The notes under the pieces are model-generated. The model saw nothing but the letters and a program-made list of their open reading frames with translations. It was not told the DNA's origin and searched no databases. A DNA stretch of 64,000 bases from Armatimonadota bacterium. GTDB lineage: Bacteria > Armatimonadota > HRBIN16. This document shows, one piece after another, positions 28,709 to 38,334 of the stretch. The DNA is taken from contig OY781964.1 in assembly GCA_963677485.1 (NCBI GenBank), positions 3,712,001-3,776,000 on the forward strand, in the 5' to 3' direction. A program made the translations under genes and the position numbers. Positions within the stretch are counted from its first letter, which is position 1; the number at the start of each line of letters is the position of its first letter.

Positions 28709-31444
28709 ATGAAAATCTGGCCTTCGATTCTGCTGGCAGCCATAGTGGTTGCGATGCCCCTCTCGGTGTGCCGCGCGGATTCGCCACGAGTGGTGAAGTC
28801 GTTTGTGTTCAACCAGACGAAATCAGCTGAGTGGATACCTGGCGGGGTGGTGAAATGCTCGGTGACTGGTGACATGTTGAAAGTCAGCACGGTTGCTGAA
28901 GACAACGTGGTGATGGGGCCGTTGATTGATATCAAAGCCGATGCCCGCCAATATATCGAGATCACGATGCAGAGCAGTGTGGATGCCACACACCAGATTT
29001 TCTACACCAACACCACGGAAGAGCCGTATGGCGGGATGCGTGGCGACTGGCGTGCGCAGTTCCAGATCAAAAAGGGTGGGATGAGGGTCTACACGCTGTT
29101 CCCTCATTGGAGTAGCCTTGGGAAGATCATCAGGCTGCGGTTGAGCCCACCGGCAGGGACTTTCAGCTATAAAAGCATCCGCATTATGCAGGCCCCTGAC
29201 GGGCAGGCTACCAACGGTGTGTGGAAGGCATCCAAACCGTCAACCTGGAGTGTGCTTGGTACTTACAAATCAAACCCCAATGGGATACTGGCCACTGGCG
29301 AGCTGAAAATGATGTCGCCAATGCTCACGACCCCTACGGCGAAGCTGCCCTGGATGTCGCTGATGGTGAAGTCCACCGGTGCTCAGCAGGCGATCGCCCA
29401 GTGGACGACCAGTGAATGGAAAGAGCCCCGCACTTGTGTGTTCCCGTTAAAATCGGACGGGTTATGGCACTCATACAACGTCTCAGTTGAGCCACTCGCC
29501 GACTGGACGGGCGTGTTGAACATGCTGACGCTGAACATCACCTCGCCGGACGGCAAACCCACCGAAGTGCGGCTTTTCGGTGCGAGTGCGGTGCCTCTGG
29601 GAGATGCAGAGTTGAGCGCTCCCCAGTTCATCGTGCAGCAGAACTTCGTGAGGATTGGGCAGACGGCAGATATCGCCGCCAATGTGATTAACTTGGGGGG
29701 CACTCCCAGCAAGGCTCAGAAACTGAGCATCCGCATGAGCGCTCACCTTCCCAAGGAGCTGGTGCCTGGTACCGTCAAGCTGAAGGACGCCGCGGTGATG
29801 AATCTGCCCAGCATCAAACCTGGTCAGACCATCAAGGTGAACTGGGCATTGACCCCTCTAAAGGCGGGTTCAGTCAAATTCGAGTTGATGACGGCGGGCC
29901 ATAGCGCACCGATTGCCACCAGCCTGTTGCAGATCAACCCCGCAAGACCCACCCTTCCGCAAGGCCAAATTCCGCCAGTGGTGGCCCCAAAAAGTGATTA
30001 TGATGTGGGCGTATACTACTTCCCTGGCTGGTTTAACTACAGCCGATGGAGCGTGCTAAACGATTACCCTGAGCGGAGCCCAGTGCTGGGTTATTACCGT
30101 GAAGGGGAACCTGAAGTGGCTGACTGGCACATCAAATGGATGGCGGAGCACGGCATCAACTTCATCATATACGACTGGTACTGGAACAACGGAAGCCGGT
30201 CTCTTGAGCACGCTCTGCATAATGGCTTATTCAACGCCGATCTCCGTAACCAGATGAAGTTCTGTCTGCTGTGGGCCAACCATAATCCTGAGGGGACCAG
30301 CAGCGAGGACGATCTGATCAAAGTGACTCAGTATTGGCTTGATAACTACTTCCTGCGTCCAGAGTATTACAAGATTGACGGAAAGCCGGTGATGGTGATT
30401 TTTGCACCACGACGCTTCACGGACGACATAGGAGTCGAGGCAGTCAAGAGATCATTTGAGAAGATGCGCCGTATGTGTCAGGAGAAGGGGCTTCCTGGTC
30501 TTTACCTAGTGGCCTGCTCCGGACCGAGCCCGAATGACATCAAGTTGATCGATGATGCCGGCTACGATGCCATCAGCGGCTACAACTACCCGTCGGCAGG
30601 GACGAATGGCGAACTGCGCGCACCTTATGATGTGAACATCAAGGGATACGAGGGAATCTGGAAGTCGATCGCAAAGAGCAGCACGCTGCGCTACATCCCT
30701 GTGACCGACCCGGGCTGGGACAGCCGCCCCTGGCACGGCGCGAACGCGATGGTGCGCACCGACAAGGCACCCTATAAGTTCGAAAAGATGCTGGATCTGG
30801 CCAAGCAGTTTGTGGACACCGAACATGCCAAAGAGCAGCGCAAGGTGGTGTTTGTGGAGGCCTGGAATGAGCTGGGTGAAGGCGACGCGATTGAGCCCAC
30901 ACGGGATTGGGGCTTCGGCTACCTAGATGCCATCCGCCGCGTGTTTACGCCCAATGCGGGGCCGCATATCGACGTGGTGCCGGAGGATGTGGGCATGGGC
31001 CCATATAACATTAAGAAACCTGTGTCAGCTACGAGCTGGGATTTCAACGATCCGAAGAATCCCGGTTGGGAAGTGCTTTTCAGTGTGTCTGACTTCAAAG
31101 TGCAAAAAGGCATGATATCGGGCCTGTCAGAGAATTACGATCCGAGCTTCGCCAGTCAGGTGATTGATGTTGAAGCCAGCAAAGTCAAGGCGATCGTCAT
31201 TAAGATGCACGTCAGTGCAGGTAAAGAAGCGCAACTTTACTGGACTGCACCCGGAGGAAGTGTTTCCGAGGCAGCCAGCGTGCGATTCAACTTGAAGCCG
31301 GGCAGCGAAACACAGACATATCGGCTTGATATGAAGGCCAATCCCCGTTGGAAAGGCAATATCGCCGGGTTCCGTTTTGACCCGACGGATGCCAGCCAGG
31401 CCAAGATCGACATCTACTCAATCAACCTGGAGCTTGCGAAGTGA
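28709..31444 (+). CDS. Secreted GH99-like (WbsX-like) glycoside hydrolase with repeated beta-sandwich modules and a CARDB-like domain
   Basis: VGVYYFPGW, PVLGYY, YDWYW, FCLLWANH, YYKIDGKP, PGWDSRPW, EAWNELGEG.AIEP. Confidence 0.82.
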   Translation: MKIWPSILLAAIVVAMPLSVCRADSPRVVKSFVFNQTKSAEWIPGGVVKCSVTGDMLKVSTVAEDNVVMGPLIDIKADARQYIEITMQSSVDATHQIFYTNTTEEPYGGMRGDWRAQFQIKKGGMRVYTLFPHWSSLGKIIRLRLSPPAGTFSYKSIRIMQAPDGQATNGVWKASKPSTWSVLGTYKSNPNGILATGELKMMSPMLTTPTAKLPWMSLMVKSTGAQQAIAQWTTSEWKEPRTCVFPLKSDGLWHSYNVSVEPLADWTGVLNMLTLNITSPDGKPTEVRLFGASAVPLGDAELSAPQFIVQQNFVRIGQTADIAANVINLGGTPSKAQKLSIRMSAHLPKELVPGTVKLKDAAVMNLPSIKPGQTIKVNWALTPLKAGSVKFELMTAGHSAPIATSLLQINPARPTLPQGQIPPVVAPKSDYDVGVYYFPGWFNYSRWSVLNDYPERSPVLGYYREGEPEVADWHIKWMAEHGINFIIYDWYWNNGSRSLEHALHNGLFNADLRNQMKFCLLWANHNPEGTSSEDDLIKVTQYWLDNYFLRPEYYKIDGKPVMVIFAPRRFTDDIGVEAVKRSFEKMRRMCQEKGLPGLYLVACSGPSPNDIKLIDDAGYDAISGYNYPSAGTNGELRAPYDVNIKGYEGIWKSIAKSSTLRYIPVTDPGWDSRPWHGANAMVRTDKAPYKFEKMLDLAKQFVDTEHAKEQRKVVFVEAWNELGEGDAIEPTRDWGFGYLDAIRRVFTPNAGPHIDVVPEDVGMGPYNIKKPVSATSWDFNDPKNPGWEVLFSVSDFKVQKGMISGLSENYDPSFASQVIDVEASKVKAIVIKMHVSAGKEAQLYWTAPGGSVSEAASVRFNLKPGSETQTYRLDMKANPRWKGNIAGFRFDPTDASQAKIDIYSINLELAK

Positions 31445-33282
31445 TGAGTTTAACAATAAACGAAAGACCATCTGGCGCGGGATTAGATATCGCTGGCGTG
31501 CAGCTGACGATGGTACGGTATCCGGCAGGAGCGACGGAGACCGAACGGTTTGCCGCCTCCGAGCTGGCCCGCTATCTGCAGAAGGCCTGCGGGGTCGAGT
31601 TCCGTCTATCGGAGGGCTTACCCGGCGCCGGGGTGCTGTTCGTGAGTGCTTCGATCCCGCCCGGGGTCAGCACCAGGTTCCGCAGAGATGGTTATGACAA
31701 GGCTTTTGTCACCGCAAAGGGTGGCTGCGTCTACCTGGTCGGCGAAAACAAACGGTCTGCGCTGTATGCCGTCTACGACTTCCTGCAGCAATACATCAAG
31801 ATCGAGTTTTTCGGGCCGGACGAATCACATGAGCACATCCCGCCGGTGAGTCACATCACGCTGCCGGATTCACTGAACGCCAAATACGGCTCTGATATGG
31901 AGCTGCGGGATTACTTTACCAGCGTGCCTGAATCGATCGACTTCATGGCGAAGAACCGCGTCAACATCATCACCGTCGGGCAGGACATCGGTGCCGGGCT
32001 ACCGAAGCCGCCATCACCGGCAGATGCTATACGAAAACGGGGTCTGCTGGTAAGAGGGCCGATCCACGACTGGCACTTCTTCATGGTTGATGCCAAGCTT
32101 TTCGATACTCACCCCGAATACTTTCCCATGGTCGATGGGAAGCGTACGGTGAATGGCCGCACGGCTTGTTTCTCGAACCCGAAGGCTGTGCAGATATTCA
32201 TGGACAACTGGCGTGAGTATGTGCGAACCAACCGTGGTGCCTGGGATGTGATCACCTATTTCCCCGAGGATGTGCCCGATGAGCATTATTGCGGCTGCCC
32301 CGAATGCATCAAGGAGCCCAACGCCAACTGGTATGCCATGCTGGTATGCAAGGCCGGGAAGATCGTGGAGGAAGAGGCACCGGGCACCAGGATGGAGTTC
32401 TGCGCCTACCACTCGCTGCGGACGCCGCCGACGCGTAAGGTGGAATACCCCTCAAGCGGGCGTAACTTGATCGTGAACATGAGCCTGGGGTACGACCGCG
32501 ACCTGTATGAGCCTCTGAACAGCGATAATAAGCTCAACCGGCTCGTAGATGGCATGTTGGACAAGCAGCTAGCCTATCTGGCTTCATGTGGATTCAAGGG
32601 CACCGTGCTCATGCAGGACTACTACAACCTGTGCGAACTGCCTGGGATGGGGCCTAGAACCCATTCGTTCCTGTGGCCGGTCGATGTGATCAAGAAGGAC
32701 ATGCAATACTACAAGAAGCGCGGGGTCACCGCCGTTGCCGACTGGGTGCTCTACAACAAGATGTGCTTCCCGAACCCATACATGATGTGGGCTTGGCTCA
32801 AGGTATGGTCGGATGGCAGGGTTGATTTGGCGAAACTGGAGGCCAGGTTCTACCCGGCATATTACGGAGCTGCAGGGAGCAAGGTTCGGTCGTATATCCA
32901 CCGCCTGACCGGGCTGATGCACGAGCTGGTCTCAGTTGATTACGAACGCAATCTAGTCCAACTCGAAAAGCTGGTCAAGGGCCTGGATGGTATCCGCACA
33001 TCAATGCTTTCTGAGCGCGAACGCCACCATATCGAGGTGCTGAAGGTGCATGGCCTTTACTGTGTTTTGCTGAAGAAGGCGTATCATGCCATCGTGACCG
33101 GTGGTCAGGCCCAAAGCGAGGCTTACCGGAAAGAGTTCGCGTTATTTTTCACGGAGACCCATGGCACGCTGTTGAAGGATGAGATCGACCCCAATATGTT
33201 CGGCACCGACTATTGGTGGTTTTGCGTGAACGCCTACCAGGGGTTCGACAAGACCATGGCCACCGACCAGAGGCTGCATTGA
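31441..33282 (+). CDS. DUF4838-like protein (GH20/67-type N-domain plus TIM barrel)
   Basis: FAASELARYL, ALYAVYDFL, F..HPEYF, CFSNP, C.C.EC, F.AY. Confidence 0.72.
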   Translation: MMSLTINERPSGAGLDIAGVQLTMVRYPAGATETERFAASELARYLQKACGVEFRLSEGLPGAGVLFVSASIPPGVSTRFRRDGYDKAFVTAKGGCVYLVGENKRSALYAVYDFLQQYIKIEFFGPDESHEHIPPVSHITLPDSLNAKYGSDMELRDYFTSVPESIDFMAKNRVNIITVGQDIGAGLPKPPSPADAIRKRGLLVRGPIHDWHFFMVDAKLFDTHPEYFPMVDGKRTVNGRTACFSNPKAVQIFMDNWREYVRTNRGAWDVITYFPEDVPDEHYCGCPECIKEPNANWYAMLVCKAGKIVEEEAPGTRMEFCAYHSLRTPPTRKVEYPSSGRNLIVNMSLGYDRDLYEPLNSDNKLNRLVDGMLDKQLAYLASCGFKGTVLMQDYYNLCELPGMGPRTHSFLWPVDVIKKDMQYYKKRGVTAVADWVLYNKMCFPNPYMMWAWLKVWSDGRVDLAKLEARFYPAYYGAAGSKVRSYIHRLTGLMHELVSVDYERNLVQLEKLVKGLDGIRTSMLSERERHHIEVLKVHGLYCVLLKKAYHAIVTGGQAQSEAYRKEFALFFTETHGTLLKDEIDPNMFGTDYWWFCVNAYQGFDKTMATDQRLH

Positions 33283-33313
33283 CCGGGTGGTATGTCATCT
33301 ATACCCTTCTAGC

Positions 33314-33483
33314 GTTGCCTAAGTCCGGGGCGGTCTGTGCGTAGGCCAGCGGCCGCAGAAGGCTCGAGACCGCGCCGGTCTGGCGGTTAGCCTCACGGGT
33401 TTGGTTTCGGGAACAAGACCGGCGCGGTCTATAGACTGTAGGCATCGCTAGCTGTCTGACAGACCGCCCCGGACATAGGCAAC
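33314..33483. repeat. MITE-like element B, 170 bp, with terminal and internal inverted repeats
   Basis: TIR gttgcctaagtccggggcggtctgt / acagaccgccccggacataggcaac; internal agaccgcgccggtct / agaccggcgcggtct; inverted copy of the same length at 53704-53873. Confidence 0.85.
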
Positions 33484-33498
33484 ACAATGATATCGTGT

Positions 33499-34818
33499 CT
33501 ATGTCAGCAAAAGGCAGGGATTCTCTAGTATCTCCTTCAGCCTGGCGAAGAACTCGGCGGCGGGAACGCCGTCCATGATCCGGTGGTCGAATGACAGGCA
33601 AAGGTTCATCATGGCGCGCTGCTTAATCTCCCCGCCGCAAATCACCTGCTTCTCTGCGATCCGACAAACGCCCAGGATGGCGGCCTGACCAGGGGTGATG
33701 ATGGGGTCGAATTGGTCGATACCATATGCACCCAGGTTGGAGATAGTGAAAGTACCCCCGGTGAAGTCATCTGGGGTCGATTTTCCCGCGCGGGCACGTG
33801 CCACGATCGCTTTCAACTGAGTGGAGATGTCGGGCAAACTCGTGGAGGTCACACTCTTGATCACAGGCACGACAAGCGCACCCTCTACCGCGGTGGCGAC
33901 TCCGATTTTGATCTGCTCGTGGATAATGATCTCCGTATCGGTCAGCGAGGAGTTTACTATGGGCCTGTCTTGGATGGCCCTACCAACAGCCTTGACGATG
34001 ATGTCTGTGTACGAGATTCGCACCCCGCCGTGGGCCTCTATGTCTTTAAGTATCCGGTTGCGGAGCGCCACGCACTCCGTCATATCTACCTCAATCACGA
34101 GGGTCACATGCGGTATACATTGGGCACTCTTCATCACATTGTCGCCGACCGCTTTGCGTCTGCCGGTGTATGGGATACTTGAACCTAGTCTTACACTACC
34201 TGGGGCTGTCTGAGCAGGGGAAACGGCCTGGTGGATGTCCGCACTGGTCACCTTGCCGCCGATACCCCTGCCGGACACCGCATGGATATCTATCCCCATC
34301 TCGGCAGCCATCTTACTGGCGAGTGGTGTGACTTTCGGTGCGGACTTGAGGTAGTCCTCCACATCCCGTTGGATGATGCGCCCGTTGGGGCCGGTGCCGC
34401 GTGATGACAACTTCATGATGTCGAGGCCATGCTCTTTGGCCACGCGTCGGGCGGCTGGTGACGCGAATAGCCTGTCAGCATCTGGCTGATCGATGACGAT
34501 GTTTGACACTTGGACATCAGATGTGTCAGGAGCCGCTTGTTCTGGAGCAGGGGTGGTGATCTCAGGCTCTATAGATTCATCAGCCGTCCCGATGATGCAG
34601 ATGGGGTCTCCCACAGGAATCACGTCATCAGCTTGTGCAGTGATCTTGCGCAGGATGCCGGTCTCTGTGGCTTCTACCTCAAGGTTCGTCTTGTCGGTCA
34701 TCACCTCAAGCAGCAACTCGCCAGCCTTAACATGATCGCCCTCGTTCTTGAACCATTGGACAATGGTGCCTTCTTCCATCGTCTGACCTAACGCGGGCAT
34801 CAATATCGTCATCGCCAT
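33499..34818 (-). CDS. Dihydrolipoamide acyltransferase E2 (AcoC/PdhC-like; one lipoyl and two subunit-binding domains)
   Basis: EVMTDKTNLEV lipoyl motif; two ASP/TP.A...GID...G.G..G modules; TFTISNLG; DHRIMDG. Confidence 0.93.
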   Translation of the reverse strand: MAMTILMPALGQTMEEGTIVQWFKNEGDHVKAGELLLEVMTDKTNLEVEATETGILRKITAQADDVIPVGDPICIIGTADESIEPEITTPAPEQAAPDTSDVQVSNIVIDQPDADRLFASPAARRVAKEHGLDIMKLSSRGTGPNGRIIQRDVEDYLKSAPKVTPLASKMAAEMGIDIHAVSGRGIGGKVTSADIHQAVSPAQTAPGSVRLGSSIPYTGRRKAVGDNVMKSAQCIPHVTLVIEVDMTECVALRNRILKDIEAHGGVRISYTDIIVKAVGRAIQDRPIVNSSLTDTEIIIHEQIKIGVATAVEGALVVPVIKSVTSTSLPDISTQLKAIVARARAGKSTPDDFTGGTFTISNLGAYGIDQFDPIITPGQAAILGVCRIAEKQVICGGEIKQRAMMNLCLSFDHRIMDGVPAAEFFARLKEILENPCLLLT

Positions 34819-34842
34819 GATTTACCATCCAATCCTGTTTGT

Positions 34843-35676
34843 CTATCGGGGAGTTGCATCGGGAAGGCCGCCGTCCACCGGAATGGTGGCGCCTGTGGTG
34901 GGCGTCTGGTGCGACACCAGGAACAACACCGCATTCGCCACGTGTTCTGCGGTGACTTGCGCTTTCAACAGGTTGCGGCTCTGGTAATACTCCTCCAGCC
35001 CCTTCTCGTCCAGCCCACGTGCCTTCATTCTGCCCGGCCCTACCTCTTGCCATAGACCTGACTTGCGGGCACCATCGGAAAACACCGCATCGGGTGCGAC
35101 CATGTTCACACGCACGCCGATGGGGGCCAGTTCCAGGCTGGCGATGCGCGCCAACTGGTGCGCCGCGGCCTTGGTCGCGCTGTAGGCACCAAATGTGGCT
35201 CCCGGAGCAAACACGTTCTTGGTAGAAACAAGCACGATGTCGCCGCCATCGCCTTGCTCTTCAAACACGCGCGCCATCTCGCTCAAGACCAACAACGTGC
35301 CCTCGACATTGATCTTTTCCAACTTTTGGAACGCCGTCAGTGCCATATCTTTCAGTGATGACACATGTGCCACTCCGGCATTTATGACGGCGATCTCGAT
35401 GCTTTTCCATTGTGACTTGATGACCACCACTGCTTCAGCAACCGAAGCCGGGTCGGTCACGTCCATCGGCACGCCGATGACCCGGTCTCCAAATCGGGCA
35501 GACAACTCCGCCACCAAGCCATCCAGCCGCTCGCCTGGCAAGTCGGTGACGGCCACTCGGCAGTTCGCCTCAAGCAAGCCGCGGCTGATGCCTGCGCCTA
35601 TCGCGCCTGCGGCTCCGGTCACAAACGCCACGCGCCCATCTAGGTCGTAACGGCATACTGCTTTTTTGTAACTCAT
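34843..35676 (-). CDS. Short-chain dehydrogenase resembling the C-terminal (RhaW) domain of bifunctional rhamnulose-phosphate aldolase/dehydrogenase
   Basis: TGAAGAIG, NAG, STKNVFAPG, YSATKAA, RVNMVAPDAVF, YYQSRNLLK. Confidence 0.85.
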   Translation of the reverse strand: MSYKKAVCRYDLDGRVAFVTGAAGAIGAGISRGLLEANCRVAVTDLPGERLDGLVAELSARFGDRVIGVPMDVTDPASVAEAVVVIKSQWKSIEIAVINAGVAHVSSLKDMALTAFQKLEKINVEGTLLVLSEMARVFEEQGDGGDIVLVSTKNVFAPGATFGAYSATKAAAHQLARIASLELAPIGVRVNMVAPDAVFSDGARKSGLWQEVGPGRMKARGLDEKGLEEYYQSRNLLKAQVTAEHVANAVLFLVSHQTPTTGATIPVDGGLPDATPR

Positions 35677-36389
35677 TTGGCACTCCTGATGATATTTAAC
35701 ATCGATATGGCGTTATCGTGGGGTGTCTTACCATCGTATACAGCACTTCCGGTGACCACCACATCCGCGCCCAGTTTCGCAATCTCTACGATGTTCTCTT
35801 TAGTGATTCCGCCATCCAGGCAGATCAGAATATCTCTATCGGCAATAAGTGTGCGCAACTGTACCATTCGTTCGGACGTGGCGGCGATGAACTTCTGACC
35901 GCCCCAGCCCGGGTTGATGCCCAGCAGTGTGACCATCTCGATCTCATCGAGCAGCGGCTCGATGGCCTGCATGGGTGTTCCTGGGTTGATGGCTAACCCG
36001 CGGACAATCCCTCTGTCTGGGTCGTTCGCATTCGCCATCTTACCCAGAGCTTGGAACACGCGATGGATATGGGTTGGTTCGCTTTCCCAATGCACAGTGA
36101 GAATATCCGCACCGGCAGCCACAAAATCTGCAAGTTTGTTCAGCGGCTCATTGATCATCAGGTGGATGTCTTTGAGCAAATTCGTCTTGATTCCCTTGAT
36201 GAACGGCGGGCCTATTGTCATGGACGGGCAGAAACACCCGTCCATGACATCGAAATGGAGGATGCCGACCCCCGTGTTCTCCAGAGCCGTCAGCTCATCC
36301 CCAAGCTTCATCATACTGGCGGTCAGTATGCCGACACTAATTGAAGGTGTCAAGGCTCTGAGTGTTTGCATCACGGGAGTAAGCGGCAT
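35673..36389 (-). CDS. rpe: Ribulose-phosphate 3-epimerase family protein
   Basis: HFDVMDG.F, DIHLM, GADILTVH.E, INPGTP, NPGWGGQKF, LDGGI, VTGSA. Confidence 0.88.
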   Translation of the reverse strand: MPLTPVMQTLRALTPSISVGILTASMMKLGDELTALENTGVGILHFDVMDGCFCPSMTIGPPFIKGIKTNLLKDIHLMINEPLNKLADFVAAGADILTVHWESEPTHIHRVFQALGKMANANDPDRGIVRGLAINPGTPMQAIEPLLDEIEMVTLLGINPGWGGQKFIAATSERMVQLRTLIADRDILICLDGGITKENIVEIAKLGADVVVTGSAVYDGKTPHDNAISMLNIIRSAK

Positions 36390-36390
36390 G

Positions 36391-37272
36391 TCAGGCCTTC
36401 CTGTTTTTCTCGGTGAGATAGAATTCGTAGGCGTGTTCAGCGCATAGCCCTTCATGAACCACCTTGCGCACGGCCTGGATCATAGGAATGGGGCACTCGG
36501 CTTGGAAGATGTTGCGGCCCATGTCCACGCCGCAAGCTCCCTGTTGGATCGCGTTGTAGGCCATCTTCAAGGCGTCAAGCTCGGGCAGCTTCTTGCCGCC
36601 GGCTATCACGATTGGCACGGGGCATGAGGCCGCCACGGTGTCGAAACCCTCTTCCACGTAGTAGGTCTTCACGTAGGTTGCTCCCAGTTCGGCGCACATG
36701 CGGGTGGCGAGCCTCATATAGCGTGCGTCGCGCGCCATATCCTTGCCAACAGCGGTGACGCCCAGGGTGGCGATGCCGTAGCGGTTGCCCATGTCGACCA
36801 GCCTGGTCATGTTATGAATGGACTGCGACTCGTATTCGCCACCCACAAACACCTGCACGGCCATCGCCGCGACGTTCAAACGGATCGCTTCGTCGATGTC
36901 GATGGCGATCTGCTCATTGGATAGCTCCTTCAGGATGCTCGGTCCGCCGCTGGCTCGCAGCACGATGCCGCGGGTAAACGTGGGAGGGATCACCGAGCGC
37001 AGCACCCCGCGGGTGAGCATTAGGGTGTCAGCGTAGGGGAGTAGCGGCAGGATGTTGACGTCAATTCTTTCAAGGCCGGTGGTCGGTCCCTGGAAATATC
37101 CGTGGTCGATGGCCAGCATGACTGTCTTGTTTGTGTTGGGATCGAAAATCTGGGATAGCCTGTTTTTCAGGCCCCAGTCCAGGTTATTGCATCCCTTTAG
37201 CGGGTAGACCGTATTGGTCTGTGGGATATCCAGATAGAAGTTTTTCTCTTCGCGTGCATCTGCTTCCGGCAT
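36391..37272 (-). CDS. lsrF: LsrF-like 3-hydroxy-5-phosphonooxypentane-2,4-dione thiolase (class I aldolase fold)
   Basis: [37 protein letters not shown] (Schiff-base Lys), [19 protein letters not shown]. Confidence 0.92.
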   Translation of the reverse strand: MPEADAREEKNFYLDIPQTNTVYPLKGCNNLDWGLKNRLSQIFDPNTNKTVMLAIDHGYFQGPTTGLERIDVNILPLLPYADTLMLTRGVLRSVIPPTFTRGIVLRASGGPSILKELSNEQIAIDIDEAIRLNVAAMAVQVFVGGEYESQSIHNMTRLVDMGNRYGIATLGVTAVGKDMARDARYMRLATRMCAELGATYVKTYYVEEGFDTVAASCPVPIVIAGGKKLPELDALKMAYNAIQQGACGVDMGRNIFQAECPIPMIQAVRKVVHEGLCAEHAYEFYLTEKNRKA

Positions 37273-37339
37273 TCTGATCTCCTTCTGTGGGCCTTCTTGG
37301 TTGGTTATCTCAAGTGATGAAATTCATCAGAACTATCAC

Positions 37340-37392
37340 TTGACAATGTAACATCCTTACAGTATCCTGTCAAGTAGTGAAATGACATTACA
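37340..37392. promoter_or_regulatory. Overlapping divergent sigma70 promoters with two RpiR/HexR-like operator boxes
   Basis: Plus strand TTGACA 37340 / TATCCT 37363; minus strand TTGACA 37373-37368 / TACATT 37350-37345; boxes TGTAA-N5-TTACA (37347-37361) and TGAAA-N5-TTACA (37378-37392). Confidence 0.7.
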
Positions 37393-37417
37393 TTTCATCA
37401 ACGACAAAGAGGGTTAT

Positions 37418-38305
37418 ATGACACCGGAAATAGATGCATCTAAAACTGAATTATCGAAGGGCACGGTCTTTTCCCGCATCCAAAGTATGTCCGCCAGCGG
37501 CAAAAAAAGTGTGACGGCCATCTCCGCATATGTGCTTCAGCATTCTGAGGCTGTGCTTCAGATGACCCTAACTGAACTGGCCACCCGTGTGGGCACCAGC
37601 GTGGCGAGTATCAGCCGTTATTGCAGCATGCTGGGTTATGAGAACTATCGGGCGTTTCAGATCGACCTGACTGCCTCCCTGGCTAATAACGCCACTTCCG
37701 TATCTGACCTGTTTGGATCGGAAGATGATACATCGACCATCATCAAGCGGGTTTTTGAGATGAATCGGCAGGGACTGGCCGACACAGAATCGCTGATGAA
37801 GCATGATGATATGGTAGAGGTGGCGAAACTCATCACCGCATCTCGAAGACTGTGTCTGCTGGGAATAGGCAGTTCAGGGCTGGTAGCCAGATCAAGTGCG
37901 CTAAAGCTGGCCAGTCTGGGTATTACAGCACTGGCGATTACCGACCCCTATGAGGGGATACTCACCCTCTCATCATCAACATGCGAGGACGTGTTGATAG
38001 CCATCAGCCACTCTGGACGCAGCGGACTCATCATTGAGCTGCTTGAGATTGCCAAAGAGAAAGGTGCCCGCACGGTGGGGATCACCAACTACTCAGACAC
38101 CACACTCGCCAACCAGTGCGAGTTCACTTTCCTGACCTCATTCCGTGAACGGCGCATCAATGCCGCCGTCTCCTCATCCAGCATTGAGCAGTTGTGCATT
38201 TTAGATGCGCTCTATTTTCTGATCGCACACCTGCAAGGGCCGATATCTGAATCAATGGTAATGGAAATCGAGACGAACGCAGAACGAATCATCCGAGCAA
38301 GGTAA
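37418..38305 (+). CDS. RpiR/MurR family transcriptional regulator
   Basis: HTH LTELA...TS.ASISR.C..LGY; SIS domain GIGSS, ISHSG, ITNY. Confidence 0.92.
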   Translation: MTPEIDASKTELSKGTVFSRIQSMSASGKKSVTAISAYVLQHSEAVLQMTLTELATRVGTSVASISRYCSMLGYENYRAFQIDLTASLANNATSVSDLFGSEDDTSTIIKRVFEMNRQGLADTESLMKHDDMVEVAKLITASRRLCLLGIGSSGLVARSSALKLASLGITALAITDPYEGILTLSSSTCEDVLIAISHSGRSGLIIELLEIAKEKGARTVGITNYSDTTLANQCEFTFLTSFRERRINAAVSSSSIEQLCILDALYFLIAHLQGPISESMVMEIETNAERIIRAR

Positions 38306-38334
38306 CATACCAAACACACAAGGAGAACCTGTAG

